Assembly: GCA_039591655.1 (NCBI GenBank)
Contig: JBDHDE010000005.1
Span: forward strand, 1-64,000
DNA: 64,000 nucleotides
DNA from: Gemmatimonadota bacterium
GTDB lineage: Bacteria; Gemmatimonadota; Gemmatimonadetes; Gemmatimonadales; GWC2-71-9
Direction: 5' to 3'
The notes under the pieces: model-generated
The model's database searches: none
The model's input: only the letters and a program-made list of their open reading frames with translations
Told to the model about the DNA's origin: nothing
Position numbers and translations under genes: made by a program
Shown: one piece after another, positions 23,612 through 33,678 of the stretch
Layout of the letters: every line of letters starts with the position of its first letter
How positions within the stretch are numbered: the first letter of the stretch is position 1

Positions 23612-26302
23612 CTAGCGACTTTTTGCTGGCTCCGCCCTATAGATCTTCACGCGGACGCATATGTCCTGGTTGAACGTGAGAGGATCGGTATGGGGCAGGT
23701 CCATCTCGACGAGGTCGTTGAAGAACGTGCCCTTCCCCTTGGCGATGGGCATATAGTTGCCCCAGTGACCCGCCACGGCCGCGATGGCGAGATGGTGGGG
23801 CTCGATCCCGTCCGTCGTGGCCACCCACCCTTTCACGCGGTGGCCCTTCGGGTTCTCCAGCCAGACGAAGTCGCCGTCCCCGATGCCCTTCGCAGCGGCA
23901 GTGTCCTTGTGCATCTGGATCGAGTACACGTGCGGGTCTTCCTGGGAGCACTCGTCGAGGTATGGATTCTGCTGCGTCATCGAGTTGCAGTGCATGACCG
24001 CACGCCAGTAGAAGGCGTGCAGGTCGTACTCGGGGTCTGTCTCGGTGTGTGTCGGACAAGGATACCAGTCCGCCAGGGCCTTGAATCGTGACCAGTCCAG
24101 GTCGAAGAAATCCTGGCCGCCGAACTCGTTCCATAGTCTGTCGATCTGCTCCCCCGAGTCGATGAAGTACTCGAAGTAGATCGGCACCCTCGAAGGGTTG
24201 AACCACTTCCAGTAGACGTCTTCCTTCTTCTTCGGCCAGGTGAAGACACCCTTTTGCCTCACGTGCTCGAGGCCGTGCTCCTCGCCGAAGCGATCCTTGA
24301 GAAGGCGGTCGCAGACCTCTTCCCAGGTGTGTTCCACGCTGCCGTCTTCCACGAGCTTGTACTTCTCGTCCATCTCGCCGCCGTAGCGTACGCCGATCGA
24401 GTCATTCAGTCCCTTGTAGTACTTGCCCAGGATGCCGAGTCGCTTGCAGATGTCCAGCATCACCTCGTTGAAGTCACGCCGCTCGTATAACGGCTCGATG
24501 ACCGGCTGCCGGATCGACCAGCCCCAGTCATCCTCACCCTGCGGATGGGAGAACGTCGACGGGAAACTGACAGCCGGGGTGTAGCGTTCGAGGAAGCAGG
24601 TGTCAGGAAGCACGATGTCCGCGACCGCCTCCTCGAACTCCGTCACAAACAACTGGAACGAGAAAATGAAGTTGAACTTCTTCAGGAAATTCTCGGTCAC
24701 CGCCTCAGCGTTCCCCATGGTCATCACCGAGTTGGAGCCGAAGTTGATCATGACGTCGGGCCTGTAGGGGATCTTGAAGCGCTCCAGCATCTCGAACCAC
24801 CGTGGGCTCGTGATGGTGAACGCGTTGTAGATCGATGTCGGGAACATGTCGTGCAGGTCCAGCCGGGTCGGGGGCTTCGGCACCCGCATCGGGTAGGGGA
24901 CGTGATCGTAGACCCACGTCTTGACCACCATCAGGCCGTCGGGGCAGGGGTAGGGTACCTGGTCGGGCTTGCCGGTCTTCTCGTACCCGCTCCCGACCGC
25001 GGCCCCCAGACCGAACGCTCCCCCGTACGTATCGGCTGCGCCGACGATGTGGTTGACCATGTCGATGGCGAGGCAGGTCCAGCCGGAGTTGACGTGCCCC
25101 TGGCTGCCGCGGAAGAAGTGTGTCGCCACCGGACGCTTGGGGATCCTCTTCGGGCCCTTGCTCGTCTCGATGGTGACCGTGGCGCCGATTTCGGCGGCCT
25201 CGCCGAACTCCTTGGCGATTCGGCTCACGGTAGCCGCCGGCACCCACGTGACCTCCTCGACGTACTCCGGGGTGTACTGCCTGACGTGCTCCTTTAGCAG
25301 CTCGAAGGCCGGGCGGCACTGCACACCGTCTACCGTGTAGGTGCCCAAGAGCGCGACCTCGTTCGCCTCGTCCTCGCATTCCACTCGGGTCACCGACGCA
25401 TCGTTGTGCACCTTGGGACAGTTGTCGACCGAGTCCCAGACTAGAGGCTTGTTGGTCTCCTTGTCCCGCATGTAACGCCCGTCCGAGGGCCGGATCAGGT
25501 ACGGGGCGTTCGTCTTGTACATCAGGTATTCGGCGTCGTAGATGCCGTGTTCGTTGAGCAGGGAGTTGATCAGGCCCAGTGCCAGAGCGCCGTCGGTTCC
25601 GACCCGAACGGGCACCCACTCGTGAGCCTTGGAGGCCTGGGCACTCTGAAACGGATCGAAGACGATGTTCTTGAAGCCGCGGAACCGGGCGTCGGCGGCC
25701 TGGGTGGCGTTCTGCACAGCCACGTGCCCGGCACCGTGACCCTTGGAGCAACCGAAGTTCAGCGCGTAGTTGCAGTGCGCGAAGTCGGGGATGATCGACC
25801 ACGCGGCGTGCATGATCCCGTTCATGAAGTGCGCGCCGTTGCCGCAATGCAGCCCGCCGCCGGAAACCCAGTAGTTGGGCGTTCCAAAGGCCTTCATGAA
25901 CCCGATCACCCCAAACCGGATCTCCGAAGCCTGGGTCGTGGTCGCCTGGAAATAGGCCCCTCGAGGGTCCTGCTCGCGGCACTCTTCCAGCTTCTTGACG
26001 ATGATGTCGAGCGCCTCGTCCCAGGAGATACGCTGCCACTTCGGGTCGACGCCGAGGCCTTTGGCGGGATTGGTTCGCTTCAGGGGGTAGTTCACCCGAT
26101 AGGGATCGTAGAGCAGGTGAGACGACGCGAGGCCCTTAACGCAGATCCGACCCCGCCCGCTCGGGGCATCGAGGTTTCCCGCGACTTCCGTCACGACACC
26201 GTTCTGCCGCCGGACCTTGATGCCGCACATGCAGTAGCACTGCCCGCAACTAGTCGGGATCCAAACATCCTCCTTGAGCGGCTTCTGCGCGGTTACGGCC
26301 AT
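23612..26302 (-). CDS. Molybdopterin-dependent oxidoreductase catalytic subunit (DMSO-reductase/CISM family), no Tat signal
   Basis: 896 aa. N-terminal FeS0 Cys motif SCGQCYCMCG...C after only ~17 residues (MAVTAQKPLKEDVWIPTSCGQC), with no RR twin-arginine leader. SD AGGAG 7 nt upstream of ATG. Gene order A-B-C. Confidence 0.8.
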   Translation of the reverse strand: MAVTAQKPLKEDVWIPTSCGQCYCMCGIKVRRQNGVVTEVAGNLDAPSGRGRICVKGLASSHLLYDPYRVNYPLKRTNPAKGLGVDPKWQRISWDEALDIIVKKLEECREQDPRGAYFQATTTQASEIRFGVIGFMKAFGTPNYWVSGGGLHCGNGAHFMNGIMHAAWSIIPDFAHCNYALNFGCSKGHGAGHVAVQNATQAADARFRGFKNIVFDPFQSAQASKAHEWVPVRVGTDGALALGLINSLLNEHGIYDAEYLMYKTNAPYLIRPSDGRYMRDKETNKPLVWDSVDNCPKVHNDASVTRVECEDEANEVALLGTYTVDGVQCRPAFELLKEHVRQYTPEYVEEVTWVPAATVSRIAKEFGEAAEIGATVTIETSKGPKRIPKRPVATHFFRGSQGHVNSGWTCLAIDMVNHIVGAADTYGGAFGLGAAVGSGYEKTGKPDQVPYPCPDGLMVVKTWVYDHVPYPMRVPKPPTRLDLHDMFPTSIYNAFTITSPRWFEMLERFKIPYRPDVMINFGSNSVMTMGNAEAVTENFLKKFNFIFSFQLFVTEFEEAVADIVLPDTCFLERYTPAVSFPSTFSHPQGEDDWGWSIRQPVIEPLYERRDFNEVMLDICKRLGILGKYYKGLNDSIGVRYGGEMDEKYKLVEDGSVEHTWEEVCDRLLKDRFGEEHGLEHVRQKGVFTWPKKKEDVYWKWFNPSRVPIYFEYFIDSGEQIDRLWNEFGGQDFFDLDWSRFKALADWYPCPTHTETDPEYDLHAFYWRAVMHCNSMTQQNPYLDECSQEDPHVYSIQMHKDTAAAKGIGDGDFVWLENPKGHRVKGWVATTDGIEPHHLAIAAVAGHWGNYMPIAKGKGTFFNDLVEMDLPHTDPLTFNQDICVRVKIYRAEPAKSR

Positions 26303-26599
26303 GGGTCAACTCCTACCTGTCTCCTGCGAGGACGCTATGATGGATGTTCGGGAGGCTCAGGGACACACCTCCAAGAACGTATAGGAGCCCACACATGAAG
26401 ACCGCGTGAAACCTGGCTGAACGGGCGTGAGGTGGCGGGGTCGGGCTCACCAGGATGGTAAGTTGAGGTCCCTCAGTCACTTAGATGGCTGTGGGGCCGG
26501 GGGCTCCGGAGCGCTGCCAACACTCGCCGTTGGTTATCTTCAGAACGCTGAGGAGTAGATGTTCTCCGAGGAGCATGCGCACACGGTCGGGCGGCTGCC

Positions 26600-28252
26600 A
26601 TGGATCTGTGGACTGCGTTACTCGACATCCTGATCCTCCTGGGGGCCGCTATGCTCCTGGGGGCGTTGTGCGAGCGGCTCAAGCAGAGCGCCCTGCTCGG
26701 CTACCTGCTCGCCGGCACCCTGCTCGGCCCCAATGCTCTCAACGTCCTGCCCAGCTACGAGGCGGTGTCCACCATCGCCGAGCTAGGGATTGCCCTGCTC
26801 CTGTTCAGCATCGGTCTGGAGTTCTCGTGGCGACGGCTGCGCAGCGTGGGCGCCATCGCGGCCGGGGGCGGCACGCTGCAGATCCTGCTCACGGGTGCCG
26901 CCACCGTGCTGCTGTGCCGACTGCTCGGCCTGGACGGTCCCGCCGCGCTGGCCATCGGTGCGGTCGTCGCTATGAGCAGCACGGCTGCCACGCTGCGGGT
27001 GCTGGCCGCCCGCCAGGAGATCGATGCCGTGCACGGCCGCAACGCGCTCGGCATTCTCCTGCTGCAGGATGTGGCCGTCGTGCCGGCGGCACTGTTCGTG
27101 GCTGCGCTGGGGCTGGGCGGCGGGATCGCTCAGGTGGCGTGGGCCGTGGTGCAGGCGCTGGGGCTGGCCACGGTGCTGGCCGGCGCGCTCTACGTGGTGG
27201 TGAGTCACGTGCTCCCGAGGCTGCTGGGTGCGGCGCTCGTGGCCGCGAACCGCGACCTGTCCATCCTGCTCGCCATCGTGACGGTCACGGGGGCCGCGTG
27301 GCTGTCGCACGCGCTGGGGTTCTCACCCGTGCTGGGCACGTTCGTGGCGGGCATGGTGCTGGCGGAGTCGCCGTTCGCCGTGCAGATCCGCGCCGACATT
27401 GTGCCGCTTCACACCCTGTTCGTGACGCTCTTCTTCAGCGCGATCGGCATGCTGGCCAACCCGGGCTGGGCCGCTGAGCACTGGGCGCTGCTGGGCGGGG
27501 TCGTGCTGCTCATCGTGGTCGGCAAGACGGTCGCCACGGCCGGTGTGGTGCGCCTGTTCCGCATTCCCCCGGGGCAGTCGCTGGCCACGGGACTGGTCCT
27601 GGCGCAGCTGGGGGAGTTCTCGCTCGTACTCGCCATTCTGGCACGCGACAGCCAGATCATCAGCTTGAGCCTGTTCGACCTGCTGGTCGCCGCCATGATC
27701 GTGACCCTGTTCCTCACTCCCTACCTGGCAGCGCTCGCCCCGCGGCTGGCGATGGTGGTAGGACGGATCAAGACGCAGGAACATGGGGTGCTGACCGCGG
27801 CCGAGGCGGTGGCCGGGCACGGCGAGGGCCTGAGCGGACACCTCGTCATCGTAGGGTTTGGGCCCGCGGGGCAGCGCGTGGCCGTGACGCTGATGGGGAG
27901 GGGTGACCTTGGGATCGTGGTCACCGACCTGAGTGCGAGCACGCTGGACCTGGCTCGCTCCTACGGTCTGCGGACGGTCGTGGGCGATGCAACGCGGGAG
28001 AGCGTGCTCGCGCGGCTGTACATTCGCACCGCGGCGGCCGTCGCCATCACCCTGCCAGACCCTCGCGCCGCGCGTCAGGTGGTCCAGATGGTTCGTGCGC
28101 TGGCCCCCGACACGCGGATCGTTGTGAGGTCACGCTACCACGTGCACCGGTGGCAGCTCGACGTGGCGGGCGCGCACACGGTCGTGGACGAGGAGGACGA
28201 GGTGGGCGTGCGCATCGCGGCCGAGATCGGGGCGCTGCTGCCGGCGGGCTGA
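26600..28252 (+). CDS. Monovalent cation:proton antiporter-2 (Kef-type K+/H+ antiporter) with C-terminal TrkA-N/RCK domain
   Basis: N-terminal CPA2 Na_H_Exchanger TM domain. C-terminal HLVIVGFGPAGQRVA Rossmann (RCK). Confidence 0.8.
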   Translation: MDLWTALLDILILLGAAMLLGALCERLKQSALLGYLLAGTLLGPNALNVLPSYEAVSTIAELGIALLLFSIGLEFSWRRLRSVGAIAAGGGTLQILLTGAATVLLCRLLGLDGPAALAIGAVVAMSSTAATLRVLAARQEIDAVHGRNALGILLLQDVAVVPAALFVAALGLGGGIAQVAWAVVQALGLATVLAGALYVVVSHVLPRLLGAALVAANRDLSILLAIVTVTGAAWLSHALGFSPVLGTFVAGMVLAESPFAVQIRADIVPLHTLFVTLFFSAIGMLANPGWAAEHWALLGGVVLLIVVGKTVATAGVVRLFRIPPGQSLATGLVLAQLGEFSLVLAILARDSQIISLSLFDLLVAAMIVTLFLTPYLAALAPRLAMVVGRIKTQEHGVLTAAEAVAGHGEGLSGHLVIVGFGPAGQRVAVTLMGRGDLGIVVTDLSASTLDLARSYGLRTVVGDATRESVLARLYIRTAAAVAITLPDPRAARQVVQMVRALAPDTRIVVRSRYHVHRWQLDVAGAHTVVDEEDEVGVRIAAEIGALLPAG

Positions 28253-28297
28253 GCGCCGCGACGCGTATTCTTCTGGCGTCCTGACCGCTGCCGCCTA

Positions 28298-28696
28298 TCA
28301 GTCGGGCAGCGCGAGCGCGGCGTCTCCCAACACCAGGAGCTGGCGCCTGAGGTCGTTCACCAGCGGGTCCAGGCGGTCTGCCAGATCGTGGCGGACGGGG
28401 CCGTAGGCGCGTAGCTGCTTGGCCCCGAGCTCGTGGACCCGGGTGGCCCACACGTTGGCGGCTGCCTGGATGTGTTGCCTCGCGCCGTGGACCCGGCGCG
28501 GCGGCAGGTCGAGCTTTTCCACCATCCGTTGGGCGCCGGCTTCCACCTCGTCCAGCGCCGCGCACAGTCGCTGAAACGACGCCTCGGGACGGCTCAACTC
28601 CGCCAACTGGCGCAACTGCGCGATGTCGTCCAGCAGGAGATGCACGTGAGTCGCCACGTGCCGCTTCTGGTTCTCGTTGAGCAGGCTCTGGGACAT
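28298..28696 (-). CDS. Hypothetical protein (132 aa, helical, no recognised domain)
   Basis: ORF only; coding-like codon usage. Confidence 0.35.
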   Translation of the reverse strand: MSQSLLNENQKRHVATHVHLLLDDIAQLRQLAELSRPEASFQRLCAALDEVEAGAQRMVEKLDLPPRRVHGARQHIQAAANVWATRVHELGAKQLRAYGPVRHDLADRLDPLVNDLRRQLLVLGDAALALPD

Positions 28697-28896
28697 GCCG
28701 GGAATGATAGCGGGCGACCGCGAGCCCCGTCACCGGCGGAGACTCCGGGGGGTGGCGGGCGTCGCTCCCGGCCCCCAAGATATCAGGCGTCCGCGGCCCG
28801 GCGATCCGCACCGCGATGCCGAAAAGCCGATCACGCGAGTCGCAGTAGGCAGTCTTCCGTGCGTCCCGCCGCACTGATCCGAAAGGACACCGCACC

Positions 28897-30645
<1,749 letters not shown>

Positions 30646-30649
30646 GGAG

Positions 30650-31195
30650 ATGAAATACACCGGCTATCTGCTGATCACCGCCGGCTTCCTGCTCGGGGCG
30701 CTGGCTAGCGTGCTGGACGAGGAGCTGGTACGCTGGAGCCTGTACGGTGGCGCCCTGGGCGCGGGCATCCTGGGCATCATCATCGTGCGAGCCATGGCCC
30801 GCCAGCACGCCCGTGCCGAGGGTACGCTGGCGCGCGGCATGCAGGACATCGATGCGAGCCTGCAGGGCATCGTGCGCAACATCGGGCAGCTGAACGCGGA
30901 GAAGGAGGGGCTGCATCCGTACGACGTGCGGCAGCGTATCGATGAGCTGTTCCCCGACGATATCAACGTGTTCGTGGAGGCGCGCCAGAGCATCACGCAC
31001 GTGTACGGGCTCCAGGCCTATGCCGAGGTGATGAACTACTTCACGGCGGGGGAGCGCTACCTCAACCGGGTGTGGTCGGCGTCGGCCGACGGGTACGTGG
31101 ACGAAGTGAACGAGTATTTGGAGCGATCCCAGGTCCAGTTCGAGGAAGCGTTGCAGCAGTTGCGGCTGCTGGAGGAGGGGGGCACGCCGGCCTGA
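30650..31195 (+). CDS. Hypothetical membrane protein (2 N-terminal TM, helical C-terminal domain)
   Basis: ORF immediately downstream of the OPT gene (4-nt gap). Confidence 0.4.
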   Translation: MKYTGYLLITAGFLLGALASVLDEELVRWSLYGGALGAGILGIIIVRAMARQHARAEGTLARGMQDIDASLQGIVRNIGQLNAEKEGLHPYDVRQRIDELFPDDINVFVEARQSITHVYGLQAYAEVMNYFTAGERYLNRVWSASADGYVDEVNEYLERSQVQFEEALQQLRLLEEGGTPA

Positions 31196-31208
31196 GGCTC
31201 GAGATGAC

Positions 31209-32507
31209 ATGCTAGCGAACGCAAAGCTCGTACAAGATCAAGCTGCCTCCGACAGCACGGGGGTGCTGCGCTCCGTGCTCACGTGGCTGACTGATCAGCC
31301 CACCCTGGCCTCCCAAGCGGTGAGCGCAGGGCTCGTGCTGGTCGCGGCCTGGCTGGCCGGCCTTGTGGCACGCCGCGTTATCGCCACGGCAGTCGGCCGG
31401 GTAGCGCGGCGCACCGCTACCGGGTGGGATGACGCATTGATGCGGCGCAAGGTGTTCCACCGACTGGCTCATCTCGTGCCGGCCCTGGTGATCTACTACG
31501 GCGTCCAGCTGGCCTCGGTCTCCGACTACCTGACCGCGCTGGTCGTGCGGGCCACTGCGGCCGCGATGGTGCTGATCGCCGTGTCGGCGGCGACGGCTTT
31601 TCTGTCGTCCGTGAACGACATCTACGAGCGGCGCCCCGAGGCGCGAAACCGCCCCATCAAGGGGTTCATCCAGGTCGTCCAGATAGCGCTGTTCGTCACC
31701 GGCGGCATCGTGGTCCTCGCCACGCTGCTGGACCGCTCGCCATTGGTGTTCTTGAGCGGCATTGGCGCCATGACCGCCGTGCTGCTGCTGATCTTCCGCG
31801 ACACGATCCTGTCTTTCGTGGCCTCCCTCCAGATGGGGAGCTATGATCTGGTGAGGGTGGGGGACTGGATCGAGGCGCCCCAGTACGGCGCCGACGGCGA
31901 TGTGGTGGACGTTGCGCTGCACACGGTGAAGGTGCAGAACTGGGACAAGACTATCACCACCATTCCCACCCACAAGCTCATCGACGGCTCCTTCAAGAAC
32001 TGGCGTGCGATGCCCGAGTCCGGTGGGCGGCGCATCAAGCGGGCCGTGTTCATCGACATGAACACGGTGCGGTTCCTCGAGGAGGCAGACGTGGAACGGT
32101 TCGAGCGGTTTGCCCTGCTGACGGACTACATCCGGGACAAGCGAGCCGAGCTGGCAGCGGACGCGGAGGCACGACCAGTCGCTGAGGACCTGATCGTCAA
32201 CGCGCGCCGCCTCACCAACCTCGGGACCTTCCGCGCGTACCTCGCACGGTACCTGAAGCAGCATCCGAAGGTGCACGAGGGCATGACCCTGATGGTGCGG
32301 CAGCGGGATCCAACGCCTGACGGACTGCCGCTGGAGGTCTACGCGTTCTCCAACGACACCGACTGGGTTAGCTACGAGGGGATCCAGTCCGACATCTTTG
32401 ACCACATTCTCGCGGTCGCTCCCGAGTTCGGCCTGCGGGTGTTCCAGCACCCGGCCGGAAGGGACTTCGAGGCGGCCATCGGAGCCACCCGCGGGACAGG
32501 AGTATAG
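31209..32507 (+). CDS. Mechanosensitive ion channel, MscS family
   Basis: TM3 pore helix plus beta-domain: LLLIFRDTILSFVASLQMGSYDLVRVGDWIEAPQYGADGDVVDVALHTVKVQNWDKTITTIPT. Confidence 0.8.
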   Translation: MLANAKLVQDQAASDSTGVLRSVLTWLTDQPTLASQAVSAGLVLVAAWLAGLVARRVIATAVGRVARRTATGWDDALMRRKVFHRLAHLVPALVIYYGVQLASVSDYLTALVVRATAAAMVLIAVSAATAFLSSVNDIYERRPEARNRPIKGFIQVVQIALFVTGGIVVLATLLDRSPLVFLSGIGAMTAVLLLIFRDTILSFVASLQMGSYDLVRVGDWIEAPQYGADGDVVDVALHTVKVQNWDKTITTIPTHKLIDGSFKNWRAMPESGGRRIKRAVFIDMNTVRFLEEADVERFERFALLTDYIRDKRAELAADAEARPVAEDLIVNARRLTNLGTFRAYLARYLKQHPKVHEGMTLMVRQRDPTPDGLPLEVYAFSNDTDWVSYEGIQSDIFDHILAVAPEFGLRVFQHPAGRDFEAAIGATRGTGV

Positions 32508-32512
32508 GATTG

Positions 32513-33676
32513 ATGATGCGTCCACGTTCCACTCTCTGGCTTGTCGCGGCCGTCGCGGCCTGCAGCTCCGCGAACCCGCCCCCCGTGACGCCGCCGGCGC
32601 CGGTCCCGGGCGCCGACGAGATCGAGACCAGCCTGTTCCTCATCGGCGATGCGGGTGCGCCGCTGCCGGGCGATCAGGTGCTCGCGGCATTACGTGCCCA
32701 GATGGAGCAGCAGCCCGAGCGCAGCGTCGCGGTCTTCCTGGGCGACAACATCTATCCCTTGGGATTGCCGGACACTGCCGCCGATGACCGGGCTGAGATG
32801 GAGCGGCGGCTGATGGAGCAGATAGACGCTGTGCTCGAGAGCGGCGGGCGCGGCATCTTCGTGCCGGGCAACCACGACTGGATCCGCGGCCGTGAGGGCG
32901 GCTGGGAGGCGATCCTGCGGCAGGAGCGCTTCGTGATTGAGCGGGGCGCGCCGGACGTGGTGTGGCTTCCCAGTGGCGGGTGTCCCGGGCCGGTGTCTGT
33001 GGACCTCGGAGAGCGGGTGCGCGTGGTGGCGATCGACACCCAGTGGTGGCTCAACAAGCACGCGAAGCCAAAGCACCCCTACTCATCCTGCTCAGCGGAT
33101 GCGAAGTGGGAGTTCACCGATTCGCTCCGCGCAGAGGTGCGCCGCGCCGGTGACCGCCACGTGGTGGTCGCGGCGCATCACCCCTTGGCCACCGGCGGTA
33201 CGCACGGCGGGAACTTCACCGTGAAGGACCACATCTTCCCGCTCACTGTGGCAGTGAAGTGGCTGTACCTGCCGCTTCCCATCATCGGATCGGCCTACCC
33301 CATCGCCCGGCAGTCCGGGATCTCCGACCAGGACATGTCCGGAAAGCTGAACCGGCAGATGCGGGACTCCATCGAGACGGCCCTCGCCGTGCACCCCGCA
33401 CTGGTCTACGCGGCGGGGCACGAGCACAACCTGCAGGTGATCGACGGGCGGGACGAGCAGCACGCGAAGCACATCGTGGTGAGCGGCGCGGGGTACTTCG
33501 CCCACACGGACCGCGCCCCCTACATTGACGGAACCCGCTACGCCGCTGCGGCGAGCGGCTTCGTACGGGTTGATTTCTTGCGTGACGGCCGGGCCCGGCT
33601 CGGCGTCACGACGGTGGATGAGGAGGGGAGGACCACGGAAGCGTTCTCGATGTGGCTAGATACCGGCGGAGGCTGA
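32513..33676 (+). CDS. Metallophosphoesterase (calcineurin-like) lipoprotein
   Basis: Lipobox VAAC. Metal-binding motifs GDAG, GDNIYPLG, GNHDW, GHEH. Confidence 0.75.
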   Translation: MMRPRSTLWLVAAVAACSSANPPPVTPPAPVPGADEIETSLFLIGDAGAPLPGDQVLAALRAQMEQQPERSVAVFLGDNIYPLGLPDTAADDRAEMERRLMEQIDAVLESGGRGIFVPGNHDWIRGREGGWEAILRQERFVIERGAPDVVWLPSGGCPGPVSVDLGERVRVVAIDTQWWLNKHAKPKHPYSSCSADAKWEFTDSLRAEVRRAGDRHVVVAAHHPLATGGTHGGNFTVKDHIFPLTVAVKWLYLPLPIIGSAYPIARQSGISDQDMSGKLNRQMRDSIETALAVHPALVYAAGHEHNLQVIDGRDEQHAKHIVVSGAGYFAHTDRAPYIDGTRYAAAASGFVRVDFLRDGRARLGVTTVDEEGRTTEAFSMWLDTGGG

Positions 33677-33678
33677 CC

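Noticed and set aside
20773-26302. Functional coupling of the CoA-transferase III gene with the Mo-oxidoreductase operon
   Set aside because: Opposite strands (convergent), with no shared promoter. Adjacency alone does not support a joint pathway.
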